Below, in pieces: positions 24,081-38,800 of a stretch of 64,000 bases of DNA (positions within the stretch are counted from its first letter, which is position 1; the number at the start of each line of letters is the position of its first letter). The stretch is from the NCBI GenBank assembly GCA_043228905.1, contig JBHGNT010000006.1:9052001-9116000 (forward strand), written 5' to 3'. The notes under the pieces were generated by a model. It saw only the letters and a list, made by a program, of their open reading frames with translations. It ran no database searches and was not told the origin of the DNA. The stretch is from Azolla caroliniana (taxonomy: Eukaryota > Plantae > Polypodiophyta). The translations under genes were made by a program, and so were the position numbers.

Positions 24081-27049
24081 TTAGGGTTTAGGTCTATTAA
24101 AATTAGACCTCCTCAGATAAGACATTTTAGAAGTTAGGAAACCAATACTCGACTCTACCCTTATTCTCATATGAGTATTAGTTCACTAGGTATGACTAAT
24201 ATGTCACCCTTAGGACTTCGACATAGACTCTAGAAATGAACCATGCCACACACTTATGAAATATATGCCTCCCAACAACATGGTCAAGACAACCCACAAA
24301 ATATGAATTGCTTCTAGTGTCAAGACACACTATTTGCCCACCTAGACATAATGACTTTATGCCAATCTATGCACTTGCTAGCAAGCATGGTGGGACAAAG
24401 GTCCACAACAAGGTATACTACAATGTCAATAGTTTACTAGAGACATCTAAAAGTATGATCCCATCAATAAGATTGTGCCCAAGTATCTTGGGCAAGGGAA
24501 CATAATAAACACATTTAGTGTTTCAAGCAAGTCTTTTGGCCTTAGGACCCAATTTCTAATATGATTTGAGTTGCAACTTTTGGATTGACTCTTAAGGAAG
24601 AAACAAGGAATTAGTTCTAAAACCTTCCAAATGACTTTACAATTGTGAAGAAGGTTTTCTCGTGAAATTTTGCTTGATTGGGTCCCTTTGGAACCCTATG
24701 CACCAACTGGTCCCTTTCATTTAAGAATAGATGGAAACCATGCGTTATTACATCATTCAAATGAAAGCGATGGACCATTAGTGTGAACTTGAAGATAGAA
24801 TGTTAGACCTAAAACCAATGAATTTTCTCATAAGGGGGTTTAATGATTAGATATTTCACCAAACCTTGTGAAAAGGCAATGAGCATGGAAGATAACTTGA
24901 CGGGCCTCCAACCTCCCATGTCTACACTTGTTAACCCTTGAGGAAGGATACTCCTAGTACCCTTACCTAGGCCACAAACTTGAAAGATGGAGAAGTCAAT
25001 TGGATATGCAATACATAGAAATATCCACTGTCTCATTTGACAAGAACACCAACTTCCAAAGTACACACATTATTGTAAGTGGCCTAAGAATTTTGTCATG
25101 AATGACCCAAATCATTGTTGAGGAGTCCCAATTTCATGATTTGGCCAAACTTAGATAGATTAATGTCATACACACAACATATAGACACACTTGGCCATCC
25201 TGTCACCTCAATGTCCCATGTCCTCCATAGGAATTGAGGCCTAAAATGAACAAAGAAGAGTCTCTAGTTGGGGGTCCCAAGTTTCCTACTCGGTGTGCAT
25301 ATGGCCTAGTGTATGTACTACATCATGATCAATATCCATCAAAATAAGAGGACCTCATAACAAAAACAATAATGTTATCAAGACCTCGATATGGTAAGTG
25401 AGTGCGCAACAAAACAATAATGTTACATTAGTAACACCAACAAAAGGAATTATGAAGAACTAGGTGTTGTAGGTGGCCATCAGGATGCAGAACAACATTA
25501 GGTGCCTCCTTAGCTAATAAACCCACCACTTCCAGTGACCAAATTGTATAAAACCTGCTGTCATTATTTACATTGAAGGTAGTTTCATGAGAGAATGTGG
25601 TCGAGTCAGATAATATCATAGTGTCCATAAAAAGAATAATAATGAGAACCCTATTCTTTGTTATACCCTTTGAGGACATGTAACCTTAATATGCAAACCT
25701 CATTCCCCGGGAACAACACAAACAAACAAGTTTGTTAATGGGGAAATTAATGTCGCTTTGTTGCAACAACTCATGACCGTTAAGGTTGCACTACTTATCA
25801 AAGATGTTAGTCGATTGGCTAGCCACCCTAAACTTTTCCATCAAGGGTTGGATTAGTTTTAGTCCAAACCAATGGAACTTACACTACCAAAGGTGCCCCA
25901 TCTTAGCTCAAAACCTCATTACGATGTACTATGATGAGTAATATGCAAATGTGGCAAAGGGGAATCAAGAGAAGCATCTAATTAGTTCGAATGTCAATTT
26001 GCGGATGGTGGAGAACATAAGTTTCAAAGCCACGAAGTAGAGAATAGCCTCACGTGTGTGGTTACACGACTTTCAAGCAATGTGGTTGTTTATTCAGGAT
26101 AATCTCCTTCCTTATAAGGGCCATTTGCCTTGTCATGGACTTCAGGAACGACGTCCTTTACATGGACAACGACATGAAAACCTAGAGAGTTCAAGTTAAT
26201 ACAACAAGCCGTTCACGAGCAAGAGTGGCAAATCCTTACAGAATTCAAGGGGACCAGATGTAGCTATCCAAGGGGAGGCACAATTATGGAAGTGGGAGTG
26301 GATGGCGAGGCGACATAACACTCTATAATGAGCTTGTAACTAACTCATAGTGAGGGGGGGGGGGGGATCCATAACGTGCGTGCTTGCCACAGTGGGGGCG
26401 GTGGCAAGTACGTACGCTATCGGTACAAGAGTGAGTCTTAGTGTGAGTGTCGGTGACACAAAGATGGGCGAGGTAGAAGAAAGAGTAAGGAGTAATAGAG
26501 TATGTATAGTAATGGTAATAGTAATAGTGCTACAAGTATGTATGTACATATGTATGTAGTAGTTAGTAGTTAGTAGTAGTAGTTAGTATGTGTATGTAGT
26601 TCTAAGTTAGTATGTATGTATGTATACATACATGATACAATATGTAGTAAAATATGTAGGCAGCCTAAGGCAGGCATGTATGTATGTAAAAAAAGAAACC
26701 ACAAAGAAAAGAAGCGAGCGCAACAGAAGAGAAAGAGAAAGAGAAAGAGAAAGAGAAAGAATCAGAGATCGATCGATCCATCGATCGCATTTCCCCCTTC
26801 CTTTTCTTTCTGTCTGTCTTTCTGTCTTTCTGTCTACGTCTTCTTCTTCTTCTTGGAGGAAATCCATCTTTTCCAAAAGCAACGAAGAGAGTAGTAGTAG
26901 TAGTAGAAGTAGCAGTAAGCTCGATCCCATCCCATCACACCACAACAACAGCAATCTCTCTTCCTTCTCCCCCTCAATCTGGGAAACAATTATCAACACT
27001 AGCAACAACTACCAGAAGAAGAAGAAGAAGCTCTCTGCCCATCCATCGC

Positions 27050-30000
27050 ATGGCAGACACCCAGGCTACACTCCTTCTTCGCAAACAGCTCCGAGGTAAG
27101 TTACTGAAAAAACCTCCCATCAGTTCCTCTTCTTTTTCCTCCTCTGAAGTAAATTTGCGTTTTCTTTATTCTTTTATTTATTTATTTTGTCTGAGTTGAA
27201 CAAAATCTCATCAGATCTAGTGCAGTTCTTCTTTGCAACTTATTCTTCGAAATATTGCTCTATTTTTCTTTTTTAGATCTTTCTAAGCATCCCGTTGAAG
27301 GATTTTCGGCCGGACTTGTGGATGATTCGAACTTGTTTGAATGGGATGTGGCCATCATAGGACCTCCTGATACACTCTAGTATGTTTTCCTTATTTATAT
27401 ACGTACGGAAGAAATATGTTTTCCTAGTTCATATAAAGGAGAAATATGTTGCTCCGTGGAAGTAATGTCTTGCTCTTGAGCTGAGAAACGTAACTAATAT
27501 GTTTTGTTCTAGCTCAAATGCGGAAGTGGTAATGTGTGTTTTACTGAAGGACAAGTGATATGGAATTAAGATATGGAAGTAGAATGCTCGTCTTTGGAAT
27601 TAAGATATGGGAGTAGTATGTTCTTTTTCCCTCAGAAATGGAATTCGGATATTCAAGATGTGTGTTGCTCTAGTCAGATACAGAAGTACTATGTTCTTCA
27701 CTTCACCATGGACGTGGAAATGTTATTCAGTTCAGATATGTGCTGTGTTCTATCTCAGATTTGAAAATGTTGTGCTGTACTATAGTTCAGATATGTATAT
27801 GGTGTGTTTGTGTTGCTTAAGATATGAAAGTAGTGTGTTGTTTTAGCTGAGATATGGAAGGATTTTGAATTAGGTGTTGAATTTCTGTTGTGCTGTTCAT
27901 CATTCGTCTGTTTTTCTTTTTCCATCCTTTTGCTCAGTGAAGGTGGATATTTCAAAGCAATTATGAGTTTCCCAGTGAACTATCCTAATAGTCCTCCGTC
28001 GGTGCGGTTCACATCAGAAATGTGGCATCCAAATGGTATTTTCTTTTCTTCACATGTTATTTGTGCGTTGCTTTGATAGTCATGTGACACATATATACTG
28101 AAACTGTGAATATATACTGGTGATCTTACTATAAATATATACTGATGATTGTACTGCTAATATGTATTTAAAAGCTCTGATGCTTTTCATTTTCAATTTA
28201 TCCTGACGATATTTTTATTTCGTAACATATTGCCTTTCATGTGCTATGATCATACTGCACAGAAATACTTACAAATTTGCAACTAAATTCAAATATATAT
28301 TGATGAAGTGAATATGTACCAGAAACTTACAATGTTTGTGATTTTCAGTTTATCCTGATGGTCGTGTTTGTATCTCCATTCTGCATGCCCCTGGAGATGA
28401 TCCGAGTGGGTATGAACTTGCAAGTGAGAGGTGGACTCCTGTTCACACGGTAATGTAAACATGAAGGGACCACAAGATTTTTGTCAAAGAGTAGTATGTT
28501 CTCAGTTTAAATATTCGTTTCTTATAGGTGGAAACTATTTTGCTGAGTATAATATCAATGCTATCAAGCCCGAATGATGAGTCTCCTGCAAATATTGATG
28601 CAGCTGTAAGTGGATCATAACCAGAGTTTCTTCTTATGTTTTAATGCTGTCCATGAAAGCTCACATTTTAGTCTTAATGAGGGAATTATATATTTTCAAA
28701 CATTGAAATGCTGTGCAATAAATGCATTAGGATATTAAAAGCCTTGTAATTGTCATGCATGTGACAAACTTTCTTGACTTCCAAATGCAAAACCATTGAT
28801 TACTTAGAGACTACACATACCATTTTCAATTATGCCAACTTCAGGATATACAGACGTCCAGTAAAAAAGTATGCATGCTCCTGAAGATAATAGTCAAAAA
28901 GTAAATGTAAGATGTTCAGAATGATTCATGCCATGGTAAAAAATGCATAACATATTTTCCCTTGATCTCTTATTTTTTCTAGTGTTAAACAAGAAGATTA
29001 TTTCTCTCTGCCTATGTATATATCTATTTCTAGGTGGGAATATAAAAAATTGTAATCTTTGAATAATTTTCTTATACTAAAATGCCTCGGTTGGCAAGGA
29101 TTATCTAATTATATGTGATAGTCACTGATACTTAGTAGTATCAGTATAGGACACATTATTTGGCTTATATTCTATTAATGCCTATAGTTTTACTATGAAG
29201 ATTCTTTTGGTTTTAGCCACTGTGTGTATGGGGTTCTGTTTTGGTTGGCTAGTATTATTCAAAGTTCCAGCTCACATGGATATTTTTATTTTTATATCTG
29301 AATGAACTTAAACAGAAAAATGCACCAGAAGATGTATCACCCTTGCAATCAAAATGAATATGGATCCTACATCTGCCCGCCACACAAATCAACATGTTTT
29401 TGAACTATTAATCAAACAACTCAATGAAGCAAATGAACATGAAATTAGGCACCTTCCTGGATAGGATTCTCAAAATGGAGAAAACCCTGATCATTCAAAT
29501 TTAAAGTGATAGGATATCTTCACAAACTCAGTATGATGAATACATGCATCTCAAGCAGGTCAACCTCAATGCACCTATGAAAGATCTCTAACCTATACAT
29601 AAAATTTCCTGATGGCAATATCCATGTGGTGAAGGAGGGCATAACACTTTATGAGTTCTCCTAGAATCTGAATGTGGAGCAGAATTCTCAATTCTGTCTC
29701 CCCTTGAAATCTAGAATTTGTTGGCTATGGCACTTCAGTTCTTACCAGTAATGACCATTATTTTGATGTATGAATAGCTATAAACTGATACATTGATTTT
29801 TTAAATGCCACTAAAGTAACCAAATGCCTTATTAAGTGTCACAATTCTGACTGCTTACATGATTATTGTTTTTTAACCCGCAGTAAATTTACCGATCAAT
29901 GTTCTGAAGAATGCTACTGCATCACACCATGCTAAACATTTGTAATATACCTGGTCTGAACCATTCCTACTTAGCCTAACCCCATCATTCCCATCATCTT

Positions 30001-31567
30001 GACCTTTCCATTCTCATTCAATGACTTGCTGGCTGCCTAATCATACTCCCTCGAAGTCTTTCTATTGCGATTTTAAATAGCTGCAGACAATACTGCTGCA
30101 GTGGAGGCCATGAAATCCGGAAATAGTCTATGAGTGAGTGTAGATGGAGAACATGATCCACCTTATTTTCCCTCTCTGGCCGAGTTTATGAAGCATGTGA
30201 GTTGTCCCTCTAGAGTGGTTATTGTAGGAATATTTATCCTATATGACTAGTACATGCACTTGTTTATTGATTGAAAATGCACTTCCATGTTCTGTGAAAG
30301 GTTATCTAAAGATCAGTGCAAACATACTGCCAATTAATGTAACTTCTGGAGCATAGGCTACACTCAATCGTTTCCTTGCTTATCATTGAAATTGAGTTCA
30401 GTTTATCTTGATTCTTTCTGATTTGATGTTCCATTGTCCTTGTCTATTTGGGATGAGAACCATTTGTCCTTGTCCATTTCCTTGCTTATCATTGCTCATT
30501 GGTCACCCATTTACATAGCTTTTTAGTATCTAATAGTGACATCTTTTATAGAAAAGATATGATATACCTTGTCTTTTGGTTTGCTGGCAGTGTATTCATT
30601 GAAATTGAGTTCAGTTTATCTTGATTCTTTCTGATTTCATGTTCCATTGTCCTTGTCTATTTGGGATGAGAACCATTGTTATCATCCTCTGCATCCTTAA
30701 AATATTGCCTATCTACCACCTGAGCTTTTTGTCTTAGGTGTGACTCCATTGAACACCAAAGACAGTTTAATATATGTGCGTTAATGCCTATTGAGGATGA
30801 TGACTCCACCCTGATTGTCTGTCCTCTTCTTGGCTTGTATAATACTAGAGCATGGATTTAGACTGACGCTGTGGGCAAGCATGAGAGATGTTGGTATTTT
30901 GTATGACTTTTTTCTGGCTTTATAAACTTTTTTTAAAAGCGTGGAAATGATGGATCTGATCAGTAGAATATGAGAATCAAAACAAAGTGCCAGCAAGTAT
31001 TGATGATGTAGTTCTTCATCGTGCAATTTATTCCTTCCCTTGGATGTTTGTGACTGGTCTGAGTGAGTATTCAGATTCCAAATAATATGTCATTATGATG
31101 GTGCTCAAGTTCTCATCTAATTATTCATTTGACGAGTTCACTCATTTTATACCTTGGTCACATATGGTATGATCTCCCATAGGCTATCATCATTGTGGTC
31201 ATGGTTCTGCACCCCACCATTTATTGTCCAGGAACAACGTCCCAAAATGGTCCTTGAGTGGTAATGGCAAGAAGTCAGACCATTGATGGAAATGTTGTCT
31301 CGTGTGTTGATGCAGACAAAATAGCATTCTGCCTGTGACTTGCAGAAGCTTTAATTGTGTGTAACTTGAGTGTTTCCGTATTGTTAAAATTTTCAGTTTC
31401 TCTATTATTAAATAAGTCAAATAAATGCAAGCAAGCTAATAAGCTCTATATTGTTTTAACTTTTAATCATCTGCATTCAAAACCTGCAGAAAGAGTGGAG
31501 AGAGAGCAAAGAGGAATTTAGAAGGAAAGTCAGTCGAATAATACGACGATCACAGGAGGCATTATGA
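27050..31567 (+). CDS. UBC7: Ubiquitin-conjugating enzyme E2, UBC7/13/14 (UBE2G1/CDC34-like) family, 167 aa. Exons 27050-27095, 27277-27379, 27938-28035, 28349-28449, 28528-28605, 31490-31567
   Basis: All introns are GT..AG and phases join to [55 protein letters not shown]...[92 protein letters not shown] motif, catalytic Cys and the acidic loop insertion diagnostic of this family are present. Confidence 0.96.
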
Positions 31568-32769
31568 TGTATTAGAAGAAATCATCAAGATGCACTCTGA
31601 AAATATGAAGACAAAACGTTTTCATAAATTCTTATGTGTACAGGATTTGTTTGGTCTTTGTCATAAAATTCCAATGTACACAGAATCTGAAGGTTTTTGA
31701 TTGTGGTAGATCCTCGTACATAAAAGAAGTCTTCTTCTGATGTTTCCAAGAAATATTATGTTGAGATGATAAATTTTTTGTTTAGTTTCCTATTGTTTAC
31801 ATTGATTTGTAAAACTCTTATCATTACAAGTGTGAATGTGAATAAAGTTTGAGTACAACCTAAGCTTGCAAAGATAGTGAGGCAAGGTAGTGGAGATGTT
31901 TCTTGCATTCAATGAATATATTATTTTCACGTTCATTGGATATCAGTGTGCATAGCAGTGTGCTGAGGTTGTATGCTGCTGTTGTATTAGATGAAAACTT
32001 CGAAGTGTATACAATGGCTGGAGATTATACTGTAAATGAAATTTGTTATTGAAGAGTTTATTTTGGTTATCTATCATAGTATGCTGCTACATAGTGGAGT
32101 TTTTCTTCAAGATATTGTCTTAACATGTACAAACCATATTTCCCTATACCAAGATATCCAGCGTTTGAGAGTGTTGAAATGACTCTTTACTAATCGAGAT
32201 AACCTATGCCTTGCACATTTAAGAGTGCTGAGTGAAAATACATTCTTTTTCCATTAAGGTAAAATCATTACAGTCAGTATTTAAAAGTTGTATGTTAATT
32301 AATCTCAATCTTATGATCATGTGATTGTAGAGGAATACTAGAAGTCTTGCTTAAAAGCTCAGTTAAAATCTCATTAAGCATGACTGTAGAGAGTTTGAAA
32401 CCTGATAATATTTGCCTACTAGCTTAGTTCGATGATGATAAATTAGCAAAATGTTAGCTTTGTAAAATATAGGTAAACTCAAAACTAACTGCTAGTATAG
32501 TGAATTCATGCCTTGTAATTGTTTGCATTTTGGGCAAAATTTGTATGTAATAAACTCAGCAACATCAATGTAATAGACAATTCAACTTTTAGACGATCAT
32601 TAATCTCATCAATTTGTTAATGTCAACTAGGTTATTCATTGGCAAATAATAATATTTCTAAGGTGTGAACATGTGAGTGAAACTTACTCTTAGCAACTTT
32701 TCAATGTCAACTAGGTTATTCATTGACAAATAATAATATTTCTAAGGTGTGAACATGTGAGTGATTACT

Positions 32770-33225
32770 TGGTTATACTATATGGCTCCATTCTAGAGTC
32801 AAAATTGAGTATATGGGCAAAAAGAAATCATTGCCTTAGAGTTGGATGGGCAAGCTTTCAGAAGGGGTTCACATCTTTGGATCACATATTGATCCTCCCA
32901 ACCCTTATTGAAGCACCTAGAATCCCTTGGGAGTCCATATCGATATGTGATTGGGAATCTATGCATTGTATGAATTTGTGTCAACAAAGGTGCAATGTTA
33001 GAGGTTATGGCTAGCACAATTAGAGTAAAATAGGGATGCCCACAATCACCCACTCTCTTTGGTCTATAGATAGATGAGGTAACACATTACATAGACAAAT
33101 TTGGCTGCTTGGAAGCATGCCTAGCAGGTATAGCCATACAAATATTATCAAATGTTGATGATATTGTGTTGATCTCCAAAACTAGAGAGGGACTACAAAG
33201 ACATCTAACCACTTTAAAAGTGTTT
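32770..33225 (+). pseudogene. Decayed RT fragment of an RTEX-like LINE related to 4460-9335
   Basis: LYGSILESKLS..ASFQKGFTSLDHILIL, STIRVK*GCPQSPTLFG and ILSNVDDIVLIS..LQRHL align by eye with ORF2 LYGAVMEAELS..AGFRRAFSTIDHIFTL, STIGVKQGCPLSPTLFG and LLYADDIVLLS..LQRHL. Confidence 0.75.
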
Positions 33226-35814
33226 TCCGCTTCAACAACCATGCACATAATACTTAACTTTATTGAAATAAAGGTATGTAGTCCTAGATTCCATGATTGA
33301 TGCTTTAGAAATGATCACCATGTGTAAGTCTCTCCCCTATTTTCTATTTTGTAAATTGTAAATTGTAATGATAGGCAATTTTGGGAAACTTTCATTTCTC
33401 TTATGGTAATAGTAAATTATGTTTCTTCTCTCCAATCACTTATACTCTTGGAGCTAAGGGCAATTTGCACTAGCTCAGGCTTGACATAACAATTGTAGGC
33501 ATGAACACTCTACATACCAATTACAAACCCAAAAATATTTGAAGGCAATTCTTTTAAGTATACATGCATGACATTCTCGTTGGCTACTTTGTAATCGGTA
33601 AAACAAATTTATCATCATGTCCGATTGGAATAGGAATTGCCTTCTCTCTTTTTCGTATGGAATACGAAAATTGAAAGGCGAAGATGTCCGAAGTTTGTTT
33701 AATGTTTTTTTTCATCTTCCATATGTATCAAAATTGCTCTTGTTGCCTATTTGTGGCCTAATCATGTCATACTTCTACCAGTTTTGCGTTGATGTCACCC
33801 TTGAATATAGGTGCACAAGATTTTCAAGTTTGAAGATTGCAAATAGCACCTACTAAAATACTTAGTAGGCATGGCTTCATAAATAGGACATGCAAGGTGA
33901 AAATATATCAAAAGCATGTATAATAGTTGTCGGATACATGATCCACTCACTTAAGTTGATAATATTGCTAGGTTCCCTTCCTCAACAAGTCCGTCTATAC
34001 TTGATATGGAGTTCATTGCATGCATAGATCACAATTGGTCTTTAAGGGACATAAAAATGATATAGATCTACCTATCTTTTTTAGATCACAATTGGTCTTC
34101 AAGGGACATAAAAATGATATAGATGTACCTATCTTTTTTGTGATTGACATAACCTGTTTCAAAATATCCTTAAAAATAGAATATGGGAAGATCTTACAAG
34201 TAATGTTGATATAAGCAATTGAATTCGATATTGCTTGTGTAGCTACAACTTTAAATTGCAGTAACAATTAAGAATTTGAATGATACCAAATAGAGCATAT
34301 TTAATCTCCACCTCGATAAATGATGATATTTACCATCCACTATACAATGATGAAATGGACCAATTTGATTTGTTCAAAGATTGTGGATTTACATGAAAAT
34401 TTTGTTCAAAATTCATTAATTCTATTTTGAGAAAAATATTGACCTTCTCCAAACAAGAGCTATGGTCTAGGTGACATTATTTTTGTCCAATTTTTCTCAC
34501 TTATTCATTTTTTCACATCATGGGAAAGTCCCCAATGTATTTTATCAACAACCTAGTCAAATTTATCTATTGAATTGAAACAAAAACACAACGAATAACT
34601 CACTCTTTCTATTGTATAAATGGAACCATTTTGCCTTGTATGTTTTTCACAAGACAAACTCCATTGTGAAATTTAATCTTCACATCCAAAGTTACGGCCA
34701 AAGGCTTGCTACTAACCATATCCATAAGATTGAGTGTGTACCAAGATCCCTTCTCCATCCAAGCTTTTGGCACTTTTTTACCAACATTAAAAGCATTATT
34801 GACAATATTTTTCCTATGAAAGCCCCCAAATTCAACGAGATCACTTCTTTCACAAGGTTTTTTTTGTGTTCCCCCTCCCGTTGCTATCATCATTTTAATT
34901 AGATGTCAAATTTTCCTTCCACACAAGCCAACTTGCGTGCCCCAATATTTGTTCTCATTGTTCGTGTCCAACCCAAAACCCCATATTGAAACCATGCCTT
35001 CATTGTAACTAATGGGAACCTTCCAACTTCCAATCATATAATTGAGTAACTTTCTCAATCGTACTCTATCCTTGCTATCTAAACCAAGCCTTCATTGGAA
35101 CTAATGGGGCCTTTACAACTTCCACTCATATACTCGAGTGGCTTTCTCAGTCTTATTATACTCTTAATTAAGTTCTAATATAGTACAGAAAATACTTTTG
35201 ACTCAATACACATTTGGACCCTTGGGATTGGCTTTAGATGGGTGATTTTAGTGATGTTATTTATCAATACAATCAATTTTTAATACTTGTGTCTTTAGCA
35301 AAGGAAATTTACAAGCACGATAGAATGTCATTATCAAGCACACAACCAAATCACAAATTTACAGACGTGGAGAAGCAAATAAATAAGAAATTAAAGATTA
35401 AAATAATTCCAAAGGAAACAATGCATATTTTGCTGTAAGGGTATTATTATGGTCACATGAACCCAATTCAAATGAGCATGAGTGTATAAAGCAGTTTATA
35501 TCAACACCATAAAACATAGATGATTTATATAGACAAAAGAGTTAAAAACCAAATACAAACCAAGATCACATCAATGAGCATTGTAATGAAATCACAAGCT
35601 CGTATGACTTTTAAGTACATTCTCTTATAATTAAATGTAATAACTATACATTATTACGTTTTGGAGCTGGAGTCCAAAACTTGAAACTTATTATTCAAGA
35701 AAAACTTGATGTAACATTATTAGTGGTTTTGGAACTGGAGTCCAAACCCTGAATTTATTATGCAAGAAAATACCAAAGTGACTATAGACTTCAAAAACTT
35801 CCCATCACACATTT

Positions 35815-38800
35815 CTAAAGCTTTTCCATGTTCACCAAATCCCTCACGGCCCTCTTGATGCTTCCCTCATTCTTCACCAGAATGCGTATATTCATCAACT
35901 GGTCAGTAAATCCCTGTGACAGGAAAAAGTAATAACCAGTACCAATATAGTAAGAGTTAGCGACTAAGTATGAAAATGGGAATGAGAGTCTGTTATTACG
36001 AATAATTCCAATGTAAAAAAATAATGTTTGATCCTTAAATTCTCTAAATGTGAAGACAGTGAGAAAATATTTCTTATTGCTTCAATTTTCCAACCATTTA
36101 TTTCTGCAAGATGGGGAACAATTACATGAGTGAAAATGGTGAAAAGAAAGGAGTGATTCAAAGTGTTTTGTTTATTTCGAAAATCAACTAAATTGGAGAA
36201 TGCAAGAATGGTCATAAAAAGTGTAATCGAATATCAATGAAATACAACAAATGGTAAGAAAGGGTACTAAATGTGAAATAGTATTTCATTTCATACCATT
36301 TCCTCGAGATCTTTGAGCGCTCCATCCCATCCAGCAGCAGCTAAGAGGTCATCCACAGTCCTCTGCAAATTATAGTCATTCTTTTGCAGCAGGAGCAGGT
36401 TCAAATTCCTGTTTGGAAAGCCCATAGATTCCAATGATTGCAAATGCATTTGTTCAACCACATCAACCTTATCAACAACAATGCCTCCTTTCCCCATCAT
36501 TTCAGCATCCATTTCTTCTACTATTCCATTGGTTGTTGCTGTGGTCTCCTGTTTCTCCATATCTTCCATTCCAACATCATCGTTACGTGATAAATTGAAC
36601 CAGTCTGCCTTTTCTGTTGGCTTGTCCACAAGCGAGAACCCATCATCAGATCCAGCCTTCACATCTACAAAGTCATCAAGTACTAGCTGCACAGCTGTGG
36701 CAGAGGGCCCGCTAGTAACCCTATCGATGAGATTAAGAGTAGAACTAGAAGCCTTCTCTTCCAATGCATTCTCACTGACTTCAGAGGCAGGATTTATAGT
36801 CTCGGCATCGAGTGCTTGTGAATAGTCATTGATCTCATTAACCAGGATAAGTGGGCTTGCCATTGACAAATTATTCACCTCATTCAAAGTTTCATCTTTG
36901 TGTGGCACTTCCATTTGCTCACCATCACTCTTCAATAACTCTTGCAACTGAGGGGATTGTTCCCCAATGGGTACCACTTGAATGACAACCCAAAGCCTAT
37001 GGCCAAACTTCTGTCCAAATCGTGTTGCCAACCGCCAATGAGAGACATAACGCCCTGCCTTCTCAGGTGCCAATAGGTCAATCGATACCTCAACATCTTC
37101 ACCACAAGCAAGCCCACCATCAGGTAGCTGCGTAAGACACAAAACAAACAAGATCAAGTTCAGTTCAGAGATCTGTATTTTCACTTCTCGGCCATCATCA
37201 ACATTTATAGCTTGCCTATTGCACTTCTTACACAGTAAACCTTGCTTGTAATGCTTCATTGGGCTATATTAGCTATAGTGCCCTTCCAACTATTGGCATG
37301 TTGCCTTGCTCCCATAATAGAGTAGCTCTGCCTTTTTTATTAGGTATTAGCTTTAGTGACATTATGGTGCCCCTGAACCCTAGCCTGACAACTGCCCTAG
37401 CCATCTACCATACAAAAAGAGCTAAGGAGGGTTTAGGGTATGCACCTCAACATTCACCGTATCCTCAGTAGACAAAGTATCACCTCCGATGTGTATCAAC
37501 TGAATGGCTGCTGGCCAAGCTAGCATTCCACTATTGGACACCCGCCAAATCTTAGTGAATTTGGTTCCAGGAGAAATCTCGGTTCCATCGAAGATAGTCA
37601 CATCCTTCACAAACCTCGCATCTAGCTTCCTGTGCTCCTCATAGGAAAAAGGGGACGAGGCCTTATTCACTTGGCTACCCGTTCCAAATTCAGGTTTCCA
37701 TCCATACGAACCACGTGCGAACGAACCCTTACAATGTGGATGCATAAAAGGCCGGGGCTACAAAGCACAATGAAAAGTTCACAAAATGCAACATAGAATG
37801 GACAAATGGACAAAATACAATATGATCAACACATGAATGCTCAGATGAACATAACACAAGGTCAAAATCAGTTTCTTACAAAACGCAATGTGTACAAATT
37901 TAATATGATTAATAATGGTAGCTAGATGAGTATATGTAATTCTACCCCTCTTCTGCAGTGACCCTGGGGAAAGTGATGATGTCGTTCAGAGCGTTGTCCA
38001 TCCAAGTACGGACAACCGGCCACTGGACGATCTAACTTCTGGTAATCAGCTTTATCCTCAGTTGCTTCAAAACAGCTGAAGCAGAGATCGTAGTTGAGCT
38101 TCCTGCATACAAAACATTAAGATTTATAATAGATTCCAATTCAAGCAATTAAAATTTGAATTAAAATAGGGAAAAACTTCAAAATATCCCTGAATTTTTC
38201 CTTCAGCTACGAAAGAATTTATGAAAAAATTAGAATGCTTTATTTCCCTGTCACCTAGTTTCATAATTTTTGCAGATTCCATTGGTCAACCCCCTTTCAA
38301 GTGATTACATGTGCTATTTAAGCAATGACATTGTCAATCTATCTCCTCTCTTTATTAATTATGTGCTATAGGGTCCTCTATTTCTCTATTTTAAGGTTTA
38401 ACAAGGAGCAATTGGGAAAATAAAAGAAACCCCCCTCTCGAGCAATGACTGTCAATCTATCTCCTTTCTTTATTAATTATGTGCTATGTATGCAATCATG
38501 GGGTCCTCTATTTCTTTATTTTAAGGGTTAACAAGGAGCAATTGGAAAAATAAAAGAGACACTTGGGCATTCAGAGTACTTCCATATAATAAATGTTGTC
38601 ACTAGCATACAGGGTCAGGAATTATTATGGAGTCACAACTGTATGGGAAATTTTGATTTTGACAAAGAAAGCCACAATAACACTGCAAGATCTATTAACA
38701 TCACTACTTACTTGCTTGATTTGTACCTCGGCCCTACTATAGGACACCTGTGACAAACGTCACACTCCACTCCATGATGCATAACAGGGGATTTCTCTTT

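Noticed and set aside
24076-24092. Interstitial telomere repeat
   Set aside because: Only about two TTTAGGG-type units; compatible with a telo-box or chance.
25700-26370. Possible gypsy integrase C-terminal relic with G-rich PPT-like tract
   Set aside because: Motifs too decayed to read with confidence.
26340-27099. Several 70-160 aa ORFs upstream of the UBC gene (similar ones at 40471-40962 and 56486-56848)
   Set aside because: They are translations of microsatellite-rich promoter/UTR/intron sequence with no domain content.
30371-30680. Short direct duplications in UBC intron 5 (similar ones at ~32618-32763, ~34026-34138, ~38320-38560)
   Set aside because: Ordinary local tandem duplications with no termini, TSDs or coding signal.
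34300-35050. Possible minus-strand L1 ORF2 relic (KYWGTQVGL resembling RYLGCQVGL)
   Set aside because: Single short motif; neighbouring sequence does not continue the expected motif order.
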